Shown here: positions 25,257 through 37,523 of the stretch, piece by piece
Layout of the letters: each line of letters begins with the position of its first letter
How positions within the stretch are numbered: the first letter of the stretch is position 1
Source of the DNA: Camelus ferus
Lineage: Eukaryota
Direction of reading: 5' to 3'
Assembly: GCF_009834535.1 (NCBI RefSeq)
Contig: NC_045696.1
Span: 62,932,001 to 62,996,000, forward strand
DNA length: 64,000 bases
Position numbers and translations under genes: made by a program
The notes under the pieces: model-generated
The model's database searches: none
Told to the model about the DNA's origin: nothing
Seen by the model: only the letters and a program-made list of their open reading frames with translations

Positions 25257-25801
25257 TGTAGGGGAGAAAAACTTGCCACCCCAAAATGTCTTTTTGGCAT
25301 GCAGATTATTTCAGCTGCAAAAGTCAAGACCCAAGACTCAGGAAAAAACTTTGACCTTCCTCCTAACTGCCTAAAGAATGTTCCAGGAAGGGGGCTATCA
25401 CCATAGATCACTGTAATATGAACTAGGCGTGTAGACAGGGAGGAGCCTCGCAAAGCCTGTCTGTTAAAATCCCTCTCTGTGTCCCATTGTCTCTGCATGG
25501 TCCAGCAAGCGTTTATTTACCAGACATTTGCTTTTCCATCTCCATGTCACTTGCATTCTCTCCCCACCCCCACTCCCCGCCTTTGAAGTCTCAAACCACT
25601 ACTCCCAACATCGTCTTCTGTCTTTAAGGTGAGGGTTTCAGGCATTTTGGTGAGTTACTCAGGTCTCCTGAGTCTCTCCCATGTGTACATGTCATTAAAC
25701 TTTGGCTTGATTGTTTCCTGGTGATCTGTCTCATGTCAGTTTAATTCTCAGACCAGCCAGAAGCATTTAGAAGGAAGAGGAAAATTCCTTCCTCCTGGAC
25801 A
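25257..25801 (+). mobile_element. ERV1 5' LTR (MER34-related)
   Basis: TGTAGG start, gccaccccaaaat...ttggcat..gattatt motif, ATTAAA at 25694-25699, ends ...GGACA immediately before a PBS. Confidence 0.85.
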
Positions 25802-25802
25802 C

Positions 25803-25820
25803 TGGCGATGAGGATGGGAT
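25803..25820 (+). other. Retroviral primer-binding site complementary to tRNA-Ser(GCU)
   Basis: TGGCGATGAGGATGGGAT versus expected TGGCGACGAGGATGGGAT (17/18; the mismatch is CpG to TpG), 1 nt after the LTR CA end. Confidence 0.8.
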
Positions 25821-26298
25821 GCACTACTCTTGCCAAGGCTGCTGCAGTTAAGAGATCCTGGGATCCCTGATAAAAGCTGGCAGAAGGTGAGAATTCTTAT
25901 CACGTCTCCCAGATCTCTGCCTGCAGGGTCTGTTGCAAATGAAAGAGGTTAAGAGTTTTTCTCTTTTCTAAAATTAGATTAAAAGAAGAGAGTATTTGTG
26001 GGGCTAGCTTCTTGGACTCAGCTATTCTTGGGAAATTCGGAAGAGTGCTCTTGTTTTGTTGATCCTTTTCCTCCCAGAGATGGTCACTGTTTGTTTGTTT
26101 TTTTGTTTATTTGTTTGTTTTCATCTCTGTCTTTTGTGTCATTTGCCATAAGGAGGAAAACCATCAGTCTGATTCAGTTTTCCATTCATCTTGTTCTATG
26201 TCTTGAGAGCTTGGTTTGGCCGCCAGAGAGAAAAGCTTGTCTGGTCTCTGTCTTCAGGAAGGTGCATGTACCAGTGCGCATTTGGCAGTTCGTCTAGT
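25821..26298 (+). mobile_element. ERV1 internal leader remnant
   Basis: Follows the PBS; AAG|GTGAGA donor at 25886/25887; T-rich leader-like sequence; no gag ORF. Confidence 0.65.
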
Positions 26299-26299
26299 G

Positions 26300-26692
26300 C
26301 TTCCTTTTGTTAACAGACATTTACATTTATAAAGGGAATCTATTCATACGAGTGTCTCCCTCTCTGTACCAGAGGAGGAGGATGACTATATCACAAGAAG
26401 CTCTAATCCATAGAGAAGGCATTGACTTAAATCTGCAGATTATACCTTACCCTTGTTTACCCTGCTTTTTCTGGTAACCACCCATAACTGGCCTTCTCCC
26501 CCACCACCTTTCTTTTGTCTTTAGCTGAAGATGGTATATGAACAAGTGGCTTAGGATCCCTCAGTTACTCAGTTTTCCTGGGTATGCCCCACGTGTAAAG
26601 GAAGTATACATATTAATAAACCTCTTTCATTATGGGGAGTCTCAACCAAGAACTAAGTAGGGTAAAGGGAAAATTATTTTTCCTCCTCTACA
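26300..26692 (+). mobile_element. MER34-type LTR lacking its 5' end
   Basis: atttacatttataaagg...gtgtctccctctctgtaccag...gacttaaatctgca...AATAAA (26615-26620)...aaaattatttttcctcctctaca. Confidence 0.85.
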
Positions 26693-27138
26693 TGTAGAGG
26701 AAGAGATTTTTGATTCCCTCACAGAATCTCCCTTTTCTTCTGACATTAGAGAGACTGCGTGGAAAACGTTCAGAAGCTCCAGGCTCGCTGAGTAAGAGTG
26801 AGCGGGCCATGGTGGTGAGGGCTGCAGGGTGCCCTGGCATTGCCTCCAGATTAGGGTAGATGGGAACCTACCAGAGACAGGTTGTTTATCAGCATATTGG
26901 CAGGTTTGGGGTGGAGAAATGAACTGTGGGACCCTTCAAATCTCTTCTCACCTTGTCTTCAGGTAACTCTGTTTAAGTCTCTATCCGCTTGTACCTTAAG
27001 AAAATTTTCATAAAGTAACACTTTCAAGTAGTCAGAGAACTAAGATGCACCTTTCCTGGCCTCAGTGAACCTTGCCCAAGAGGTGTGGGAAGTGGATTCC
27101 ACGTGGTTACTGGGCCATTTAGCACATTTCCTCTCCTC

Positions 27139-27319
27139 CAGTGGTTCTCAACCTTGGCTGCACCCCGGAATCATCTGAGGAGTTTCAACAAATGCCAATG
27201 CCTGGTCTCCACCCGCAAAGGCCTTGATGTACTGGGTTGGGGGCGTGGCCCGGCCACTGAACGTGTTAAAAGCCCCCGAGGTGATCAGATCCAGTGCGCA
27301 GCAGGGGTGAAAAGCACTG
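27139..27319. mobile_element. MER5A (hAT-Charlie MITE)
   Basis: Terminal inverted repeats cagtggttctca / tgaaaagcactg, about 180 bp, internal ggaatcatctg...aggtgat. Confidence 0.88.
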
Positions 27320-27714
27320 TGTCTAGTTTAGGTAGACGGCCAGGAGCCCCAGCACTTTGAAGGATCAATTTGGACTTGAGCTGTAGAGCTGCTGTCACCT
27401 TAGCCCTGCTGATTAAGAAAATTCAGAGAAAAAGCTCCCTGCTGAAAGCTTGAGGTGAAAGGGTCCACTTTTGATGGATGAACATAAAACGGAAAGAGTT
27501 TGATTTGCTTATAAAGTGTTCTTCTTGCCAATAGGAGAAACTTCCAAAACCATCTGAAATGAATTGGATTCTAGCAGCAGAGGCTGATGAAATGCAGGGA
27601 CTAGGGAAGAGCAGTTTACATGAAAGCCAGAGGGCCCACTGCTGGCTTCTTTCTCGAGCAGTTTCTATTTGTCACAGATATGACTTCAACAGACTCCATC
27701 TGTCCTGACTATTC

Positions 27715-28360
27715 TGTCTTTGCCTTGATCCAGACCTCATATCTCCCCGCTGCAAAATCACAGCCTCCTCACTGACCTCCCTGCCACCAACCTTTTCCAT
27801 CCCCAAGCACGCTGCCTCAAACAGATCTTTCTAGAGTGATCTTGCTTGCTGGAAAAGCCTGAAGTGTCTGCTTCCTTATTGGATTGAAATAAAACTTGAA
27901 CTCCTTAGTACACCTAACTCATCAAGTCCTTCATGATCTAGCATGTGCGTACCTCTCTGGTTTCACCTCGAAATTTCTCCATAGTTCCCCACCCTCCATA
28001 CCTTTCATGCCCCAGCAAAACAGAATGACTCAGTTTCCCAAATACATTGTGCCCTTTTATGTCCATGGGTCATTGTTCAGAGGAGTCTGTCTTTCTGTAA
28101 CATCCTCTTCACCTCCTTATTCTCTTGGCCAAGTCCCACTGGTTTTTTGAGAAGCTTCCTTGAAGCCCCTGGCCCAGGGTAAGCGGCCCTCCTCTTTGTT
28201 TCCAAAGCACCCCAGGCACGGACCTCAGTCACTACTCATTACACTGTATTAGATCCCCTGTTTACTGGTCTTCGCTATGCTGTCCTCTCTTCAACATCCT
28301 CCCAGTACCCAGCCCACAGCCTAACAGATGTACTGGTGCTTAGTATGGTTTACAATAAAA
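27715..28360 (+). mobile_element. L2 LINE fragment
   Basis: agcctcctcactgacctccctgcc...aactccttag...gtccttcatgatctag...tacctctctgg. Confidence 0.75.
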
Positions 28361-30199
28361 GAGTCAAAGGAATTCCTAAAATGAGTTCATTTTTGCCCAC
28401 TACCTTCCAGCAAAATGGGCAACTGAAGTAGTCAGTTTGCATGGACACTAAGAAAAGAAATCCTTGTCCTAAGTGACACATAATTTCCCTCCGTGTAACA
28501 AAATCTCTTTGAAGAGTATCGAGCAATTACCGAATGACCAGCGCCATGTGGGATAAACAGAGTATAAGTTGTGACTGGTTCTGCTCAGGCAAACGCCCTT
28601 CCTTCCCCTTTGCTTCCACCACACTCGTTGTGTCCCTTGGGTGAATCCCTTCGTTCTCCCAGAACTGTTGTCACCTGGGCTTGTGCCTTTCACGCCACCA
28701 CACTCAAAGCAAGAATCCTGCTTCATGATCCCTCTACGACCCACCTTGCCTGGTGCAGGTGTTCAGAAAAAATGTTGTCCAATTCTGAACTACGATGAAC
28801 TAAGGATATGAGGCCACATTCTGAAATGTTTGCTTTGGGGCACCCGATTAATATTTTCACCTCTGATGAAGATGCTTTAAATCCCTTCTGGAATAAAGCA
28901 AGCTATAAATAAATGAATACAGGAAAGTGAAAATATACATAAAATGCATAAATAAGGAAATGAAAAAAACATTTGGTGAAACCCACTCTCTATCACCTGA
29001 TCATTTGTTCGTTCATTTATTCACCAACCCATCGTTCCATCCAACCAACCATCCTCTGGTTAACAAAAATAGCTGCGCCAGGGGCTCTGCCAAGGGCTTG
29101 GCTCAGAGTGATAAATAAGGCAGAAACAATCTTTGCACTCATGCATGGGTTTACAGTCTAACAGGGAGACATTTAACAGTTGCAGTGTCACCAGGAGAGT
29201 GAGAAAGGTGATGTGGCTATGTCCCCTCAACAGAGGGCGGTACACATTCATTCACCTGTCTGCTCACTCACTCCCTTGCTCATCTCAGATCCTAGCCCGG
29301 GGCCTGGACCTCTGGGAGCACCACTAAATGTTCGCTGAATGTAAGTATGAGGGCTGCTGCCCCTACTTCCTCCTACTCCCCCCCCCCCCACAGTAAACAA
29401 GGCCATCTGCCCCTAAGATCAGGGGACAAGAGCAGAGACTTACCTGTGTGCTCAGAAAAAGTTGAAGAATGTGGTGATTTGGGATTCTGACCTTTGCTTG
29501 CCCAGAGAATCTCCCAAAAACCACTGGCAATTCACTTTTAGCATTGCCTCAGTTTCCTTTTCTACAAAATAATGTTCAGTTCTATCTAGCCTAGAGAAAA
29601 CATTTAACTATTGAATATGGTTCAGGGAGACGCAGGTAGTGAAACCAGAATTACTACACATGGAAGGGGACCCACCGCACGTGTGCACTTTACACGCACA
29701 TAGTCATCATCTCCTACGAGGTATGTTCCTGATGCCCTTAGCCCTCTCTTTGTGTCCTTTTTTTTTTTTGTCTTCAACAAGAGTAGGCATTTGGGGTATC
29801 AGGAGATGAGTTGCTAGGTTTAGAGCCTGAGACCTTTGAAAGCCTTCAAACATCATCAACCTCCCCCTCCTCCCAGGTGACACCAGAGAGCTCTGCCCAG
29901 TGTGGGTACTGATGCTCTGATTCCCTGATGCTCAAGGGGGGGACATGTAAGAGGGGCCCTGGACTTGGCGGACAGAGAAGGATGCTCTGATACGTGCCAT
30001 CCAAACTCCCTCTCACGAAGCTAAAAATGACCCTTCAGAGCCAGAGTGAGAACCCAGGGACAAATGAGTAGATAAAGTTAGGCCATTACAATCAGGAATT
30101 CATCTCTTGGTGTGATATTTATAGGAGTTGCGCATAAAAAGTAGCTCAGCCACCATCACCATCATTGCCGTCATCACCATTACACTGAGAGAGGAGCAC

Positions 30200-30435
30200 C
30201 TGCTCCAGGCCTTGGAATGTACAAAAACAGCCTTCACATCCATTATCTTCTTTGAGCTCATAATCACCCTGTAAAGCAGGCACAGCGGGGATTATTTCCT
30301 GCTCCTCATCCCTTTTAAGGATGAGAAAATTGAAATTCTTGAACGAAGAGTGATGTCCTGGGCCACCTGGCAGTTAGTAGCAGAGACAGAACTTGAACCC
30401 AGGCCTCCTGACTCTGGTCCAGAGTTCTTTCCCCT
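30200..30435 (-). mobile_element. MIR SINE
   Basis: ctcataatcaccctgtaaagcagg...gatgagaaaattga...gaacttgaacccaggcctcctgactc. Confidence 0.85.
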
Positions 30436-32532
30436 GCAAGATTTTGCCTTTCCCAAAGCACCTTAGGAAATGGAGGGGGGTTAGGAAGGTGCCCTCCTGG
30501 GTGGGCCAGGCCCTTGTTCATGCTGAGGACAAGGGAGCAGAGCCCTTGTGTCCTGCTGGAGGCCTGCAAACTTTCTGTCTCCTTTAGGGTCGCTGGTGGT
30601 CCTCATTCATCCAAGGCAAGCAAGTGATTTTCTGGTTGGCTTCCTTTTTTGATTGCAATTGAGTTGAATCTTCAAATGGAGTTTGTCAGGAAAATTGGTG
30701 CAAATTAGAGATGAGCCTTCTGCTCTCCACGGCTGGTTGAAATTGTGAGGCCTCAGGGAGGTGGTCAAGAGGGGTCTCTCCCTGTGCGGTCCTCTGTTTC
30801 CTGAGGCTCCTTCTCTGTAATCAGAGGGGCCTGTCTCACCGTGAGCATCCTTTGTCTTCCTCAGCAAAACCTCTGCGTACTTCCTCCTATTGTCTCTCTT
30901 TCTCTCCTTCCTCTCTCCTTTAAATCAGCCCAGCCTAGTCTCAGAAATGTGCTAAAAGCCCTGGAGGTCCAACTGTAAGCATGGAGGCTCCAGCTCCAGA
31001 AGGCCAGGCCTCCAGTTGCCCTCTCAGACACGGCGCTCCTGCATCCGCTCCTTGCTTCCCCAGGCCTCCCCCTGTAGCCTGGAGAGGCTCCTGTTCTGCA
31101 GACGCTGCGGCCCATGCCTCTCTCCCCCTCCCCCACCTCACAGGGCAGATTCCCACCCCTCTAGCTTGTACCCAGAAGCAGTTCCCTCTCGTTGCTATAC
31201 CTCTCACCCTGGGAAAACATTCCCTCCCCTTGACTTTGAACCCTGTCAGCCACGTGCATCATGTACATCACGTACCCTTGACTGCAAGCGATCTCTTCAT
31301 TTGCTAATCAAAGTTTTGAACAAGGCTGCCCCAGCTAATCCATGTTGGCTTTTCAGCCAAGGGGAATCATTCAGTGAATGACAGGTTCAGACTTTCCAGG
31401 GACTGCCTTCTAAGCAGGGAACTCTTTAGACAGGGGGCTGGGGGCAACTCCACCAGTGTGGGGCCACTCAGGAAATTTGAACTTGAAACTAAGGCTCACC
31501 ATCAGCATTTTCAGAGGCCTCTTGGGATACCACTCATGACAGATATTTCATATTGGACTTTACAGGGTTCGGAAAAGAGGAGGAGTGAGGGAGTGTCCCA
31601 GGCCCCGCTACCCCTCCAAGTACGGGCCCAAGGCTGCTGCCCCACCTGAGGGAGAGACCTGTCTCTCAGTCCCGCTAAGGGGGAGCGGAGGCTCCTCCAG
31701 GATGGGTGGTCAGGCCAGAGCACCCTGGCTTCTCAGGAAAGAACTTGGGAGAGAGTGGACATGTTGCCGTAAGTCTTCCTTGACTCCCCTCCCCCATTTT
31801 TTCCTCAGACTCCCAGAGTCAGGAATTTGTACTTTTGACATGTAGTGAGTTGTTGAGATGAGCCATGCTTACCTCAAATCTTAAGCAGGTAACAAAACTG
31901 ACTTCCTCCTTCAGATGATGTAAAACAGTGTAGGATGAGGCTGGGAAAGGGTTTGGTGCTACAATGTTTTAGGCAGGAGAGAGGATGTCCCCTTTTCAGT
32001 ACTAGAAAGTCTTGTAGGTTGGTATGATGTAAGTACATGTTCCCGTCCCCTGCATGTCCCTAGGCTTAGAAGCAAGCAAAAATGAAGATGTGATCATCTG
32101 ACAGTCATTGCCCTTTCAAAAGTTGTCACTGATTGGATTTAAGATAATGTAATGAAGCTTCTTAGACTTTAAAATTTTTTTCTTGCTTAGTGTTTTCATT
32201 AAAAAGATGATTGAGGGTCTTTAGATGGACATATCTACATGATACCTACATAAAATTCACTTTAAGGAAGGATTTTTGTACCAATTTAAAAAATCAATAA
32301 AATAGAATAGTGGTTCATGTATGGGGTGGAATTAATCTCATGCTGTGATATTTAACTTGATTATAAATCAAAGTACCTCATTACTACAGGTTCAACTTTG
32401 GCCCAAACCCTTTATCACAGGAAGATGTTGAACTCCAGATACTAGCTAACTCATGTGAAGCAATAAGTGACTCAGCACTATTAAAAAACACAAAACACAA
32501 AAGTATTGAGGTGTTTGTTACATCTGTAACAA

Positions 32533-32695
32533 CATCTGTCTATGACACAGGAAGAGGGACCTCACCAGACACAAAATCTGCTGGCGCCTTAATCTTGGAT
32601 TTCCAGCCCCCAGAAGGGTGAGAAATAAATTTGTATTGTTTATAAACCACCCAGTCTACTAGATTCCATGAGAGCAGCCCGAATGGACTGAGACA
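32533..32695 (+). mobile_element. MaLR LTR 3' part (MLT1A-like)
   Basis: cctcaccagacac..aatctgctggcgccttaatcttggatttccagcc...gtgagaaataaattt...gcagcccgaatggactgagaca. Confidence 0.9.
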
Positions 32696-33574
32696 GCTCC
32701 TGGTTCCTCTTTCTCTCTGTGAGATTCTAGATGGGTCAGCTCTTTTCCGGAGTTCACTGCAACACTCTGTAATGTTGTTTTTAGGAAACAGAATAAGATT
32801 GCCCTATACCAGTCTGTCCTTCCAATCTGGGGGTCACTCAGGATTCATAGAAACTGCTTCACCACTCACATGCTGCCATTTTTAACCCTCCGTGGGTTTG
32901 GGGTTTCCTCTTTCCTTCCTTGTTTTCTTTAATTTGCACTCTCTCCTCTTTCTTCAGAGAAAGAGCAGATGCTCTCAGTGTATGCATATGTCACAGTTCC
33001 GGGGAACACAGAGAGAACAATTTGGATTTAGGTATTTATTCCTATTTTTATATGACCATTAAAATCTCTCCATGCAAATAAAACTGTTAATGTTATATAG
33101 TAACACAGCAATTACCACGCACTGCTTTGAATAACGTCGTTCAAACTTCCATTTTTGCAATAAGAACAGATTCAGGCAATAGTATCAAATGACACTCTAA
33201 AGAGGGATTTTCTGACTTCTAATGTTCACAGGATTAAAGACATGCTATGAGTGAACAATCCAGACACCACTGCATGTAAAGCAGAAAGGATAGAAATCAA
33301 GGCAGGAGAACCAGTGTCACCACACTGCCCAGTTGTCAATTCTGCCTTTAACTGGCAAGCTAGGTGAAAGGCGTTTAAGCCTGGAACGTGAGGATTTCGT
33401 AACAGCTGTACTACGATTGTCTGGATTCCAGAGGGAAGAGTCATTTGTTCTGACTGAAGATCAGAAAAAGCTTTTTGGCAGAGGTGTCATCATACTTTGA
33501 TGAGCAGGTCATTTGAAGAAACTGAAAAATGGTGATAGGGGAGGGAAGAGAAGTAAGAAGGGGAGGACGGCGCT

Positions 33575-34203
33575 CTCGGGGTGCTGCCCACCCACCTTGG
33601 CACTCACCATTCCCATGAAGCAGACTTGTGTGCTGCAGAGTCAGGCCCCCCTCCCTCCACTGGACGCCACCACCAGTGACTGATGGGGGTTAGTGAAAAA
33701 CACACCAGTTCCATCTACTCGCAGGTGGGGACAGCTCTGAAGTGGGTTCTACATGGTTTCCCAGAGTTCCCCAGTAGAAACAAACCTTGGTTACCCACCA
33801 TGGGAATGCTCAATAATGTTCCCTTGATTAATTTCCTTCCCTCCCCACTATCCTACTGGTGTTTTCTTCCATTCTTTTTTTTTTTTAATTGACGCATAGC
33901 TGATCTACAATTTTGTGTTAATTTTTGGTGTACAGCATAGTGATTCAGTTAGAGATATACATTCCTTTTCTTATTCTTCTTCAATATAGGTTATTATAGA
34001 TATTGAATATAGTTCCCTGGGCTCGACAGTAAGACCTTGTTGTTTATCTGTTTTATATATTGTAGTTAGTATTTGCAAATCCTGAACTCCCAGTTTATCC
34101 CTCCCCCTGTTGGTGTTTTCTTGATCATCTCTCCCACCTCCTACTCCCCAAAATAACTGCACTTGAATCCATGTCTCAGGGTCTGAGAATCCACCCTAAG
34201 ACA
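33575..34203 (+). mobile_element. ERVL LTR (LTR16-like), interrupted by L1
   Basis: cccagagttccccag...ttccttccc...gcacttgaatccatgtctcagggtctg...ctaagaca. Confidence 0.8.
33869..34110 (-). mobile_element. Short L1 3' UTR insertion with poly(A) tail
   Basis: TSD tggtgttttctt at 33857-33868 and 34111-34122; gatattgaatatagttccctg motif. Confidence 0.93.
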
Positions 34204-35840
34204 AAGGATGCCTCAGTAGGTGGGACAAAGACCTGTAGGGGGGATGAGCTGGGCATTCTTGGGGCACACAATCGCTCCAAGGTGGCAGGCGGTTTGGAAG
34301 TCTAGCAGAAAATGAGACTAGTATGACTGGGGTCATGAAGCAAACTTTCTTCCTTGGTCTTCAAGCACGTGCTCCTCTGGCACAGAGTCTAGCGGCCATG
34401 GGCTTTTCTTCCAGCCCATCCATTCTGAATCGCCTGCTTACTTACACTTGAGACCCACTAAGCTGATGTCTCCTTTTGAGGAGAACTGTTGGCTTTCCTT
34501 TTGAGCTTCCTGAACTTCTGTGTAGGAAGGGCTGGGATTTGGGGTAACGGCCAAGTTCTTAGAAGAGTCTAGGCTATTCTGACATGAACCGGATGCTTCC
34601 TGATAAGCAGAAGAGTGTGAGTGGTTTCAGCTAGTAACTCTAGGCTCTTATAACCTCCGAGGAAATGTTTGATGTGGAAGAGATGCCCCTAGCCTCAGAC
34701 AGCACCATGAGAAGCCCAGCTCACAGCGTTTGGCACACCCACTAGCAAACAGGAAGAAACTATTTTTCTGGCAGTCCCTGGGGACATTGTGATGTCAGAG
34801 CTGTTCACAGGGCTTTGCAGGTGGAAGGGTGTCCATCAAATACCATCCTGTCTACTGAGGGCCTTCTTGGGCTTCAGAAAATAGCCCCTACCCTGGGGAG
34901 TCTCTGAGACAGTGGTGAGTGGCCAGGAAGTTTCCCAACAAGGAGGCCCAGGGGTGGTTCCTGCTCACCCAAAAGCAGGGGGAAGTATAAAGGGAAAGCC
35001 ACGTCTGCTTTATTGGGAAGGCACAGGTGTTGGCCAACGAGGAAGCAAGATGGTCTTGTCATGCTGGTGAGGAAAGGAAAACTGTATCATTCATCCAACC
35101 CATGTTGGTCAAATGCTGCCTTTGAGTCAGGTCCGGGGCTGGGTGCCAAGGGGAGGAGGTAGGGAGAAGGAAACATATGAGCCTAAGGGTTTCCCGGTCC
35201 AGGGGCATCAAGAAGGCATATACACATCTAACCAAATTACAGCAGCTGTCTGGCCAGGGCCATGAAGTGGTGCAATGTTCCTGAGTGGACATGAGTTCAC
35301 ATCTGGGTTAGAGTGGGGATGATGGACGGGACGACGGGAGGAAGGAGATGGCATCTGAGGTGGCCATGTAGGATGTACAGGTGTGACATATTGATATGGT
35401 CAATATGTCACTGGGGGTGGTTTTTTTCCCAAGGATGTTATTGGAAAGGGTCAGAAGAGCCACTTTCGGCATGACTCCTGCTCAGGCTCACTGCTGGCCG
35501 GAAGGCAGTGGTGCCACCTGGGAGCCACCTTCCAGCAATGTGAGTATTGCTTCCCTTTTGTCACTTCTGGCACTCGGCCCTTGAACAGGAGACCTGGGTC
35601 TAGTCCTGGACCATTCTGGCATTGAGGGAGGCCACGTTCCCTCTCGGGATGCGGGATGCGGTTTGCCACTTAGACCCCAGGGGAGTTGGGATGGTCAAAG
35701 ACATCAGTGTTAGGGAAGGGTGGGCCCACAGGGCTGTCTCCATCCACCCACCCCAAGCGAGAAGCCCTGTGGGGCTGAGCTAGTGGATTCTGCCAGGAGG
35801 AAGGATACTCCATCCCTCAGGTGTTTTCATTTGTGTTCAG

Positions 35841-35842
<2 letters not shown>

Positions 35843-35888
<46 letters not shown>
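35843..35888. repeat. (GT)n microsatellite
   Basis: About 23 GT units. Confidence 0.98.
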
Positions 35889-35890
<2 letters not shown>

Positions 35891-36699
35891 GGAAATTCAC
35901 TGGAATGGCCCTCCCTACCATTTGAGAATTCCTTCAACTGACATTTACCCCAGTCATGTCCCTCCCCCTCAACACCTTCCACCCCCAATCTAACCACACA
36001 CACCAGTTTGCCCACAGTACACAATGTGCTAGTGCCCAGCCGACTCTCAGGGAACTGGCTGGTCTCCAGGTTCAGCTGGGTTGGCCGCACGAGGAGGGCT
36101 ACCGGCCCTCCTCCTTTACTTGTGAGCTTGTGAATGCATGCTCCTGCGTGCCAAGGTGCAGCGGGAGTCTCATGGTGGAATTAAAAAGGTGCAAAGCTGA
36201 AATGCAAACAGACTAAGGCCCCTGCAAAACTCTCTCTCAGAAACCAACCAGAGGACTGATGTACTGCCATTTGAGGGGGGAGCTCATCCCTTTTCTCACT
36301 GGCTTATTCTAAGTCTGACTGTTCTCTTAGAGGAAGTTCTTCCTTGGATGGAGTTCGGGACATTCTTGTCATGACCTTGACTTCTAGTCCCAGGTGTGTC
36401 TTCTGACAAGACCAAAACCCTGTCCCTTGTTCAGTGTCCTAACTCCTGCTCTTCTGGGCTCTTTTCTAATGATTCCCATAAGCTGCTTCTTGGAGGCACA
36501 GACTTTCTGACTTGGTGCTCTCTAAAGGGTGTTTCATGGCTCTGTTGCAGTGTCTGCTTCTGCAGGCTTTGAATTGTTCAGCATTGACCTCCCCAGGTCA
36601 AGAGGACATCTAGTCTATGCTGGGCATTGTAGGGGGAGACACACAAGGACCCCATGTTCTGATGTCTCACAGTCCAAGAAAGGAGCTATCATCCACCTG

Positions 36700-37080
36700 C
36701 AAGTAAGTGCCTAAAAAGAGGCACAGAGAAGGCTCAGAGATTATAGGAAGGAATCCAGAGTCACATCCAGCTTGGTGAGGATAGTGGTAGTGGGGTGCGG
36801 GGGAGATGGGGATGAGAATCAGGAAAGACATCTGGGAGAAGGTGGCTCTGAATTGGGTTAAGAAGGATGTAGAGGATTTGGTCAGGTAAAGATGGGGGGA
36901 TGATCCAGAGAACAATGAGCCGGAAATCGAAAAGGCCAAGGCAGGTACACAAAACTGAAGACCTCATTTTGGCAGTTGTGTGGGGTGTGGTTGGGGAATA
37001 AACAGAGTTGATGTTGTGAGGTAAGTGGGACCTACTCCTCAGGAACCTTAACAGTGTGTTGTAGAATTTGGACCTGGGAG
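36700..37080 (-). mobile_element. L2 LINE fragment
   Basis: gaatcaggaaagacatctgggagaaggtggctctgaattggg...gtaggaggatttggtcagg-like L2 body. Confidence 0.65.
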
Positions 37081-37124
37081 CTGCGTATTCTCAATCTGTC
37101 TCTCCAGATCTGGTGTCCACTCCA

Positions 37125-37523
37125 TGTGGTAGATTAATTACAAAGACTATCATCAATTATTCACTTCCCTGTATCCATGCCCCCTTGCCATGTACCTTTC
37201 ACTGCCTCTGCTGCTCTGATTCTGAGCTCAGCCTTGTGACTTGCTTGCCCAATGGGATGTTAGCAGTTGTGCATAAACAGAGGCTTAAAAAATGATTATC
37301 CCTTGGGGTTTGTCCTCTCTTGCTGCTCTTGGACTCCTGCCACCATGTGGCTGAGCATGCAGGAGGACAAGAGGTCATGTGGGGGAGCACTGACCACAGA
37401 TGCACAGGTGAGCCCTGATCTGCAGAACTCCCCAGCTGAGCCCAGGCCAAACTGCCGCTCTGCTGAATAGTGAGCTAAATAGTGGATATTGTCTTGAGGC
37501 ACTAATTTTGTAGTGGTTTGTAG
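37125..37523 (+). mobile_element. MaLR LTR (MLT1G/H-like)
   Basis: tgtggtagatt...ttgtgacttgcttgcccaatgggatgttagcag...cccagctgagcccag...gcactaattttgtagtggtttgt. Confidence 0.85.

Noticed and set aside
8547..32695. 5' and 3' MLT1A pieces as one LTR split by a 24-kb insertion
   Set aside because: The pieces overlap on the consensus (both contain caggaag.ggg.cctcac) and the intervening DNA holds older repeats; they are most likely independent insertions.
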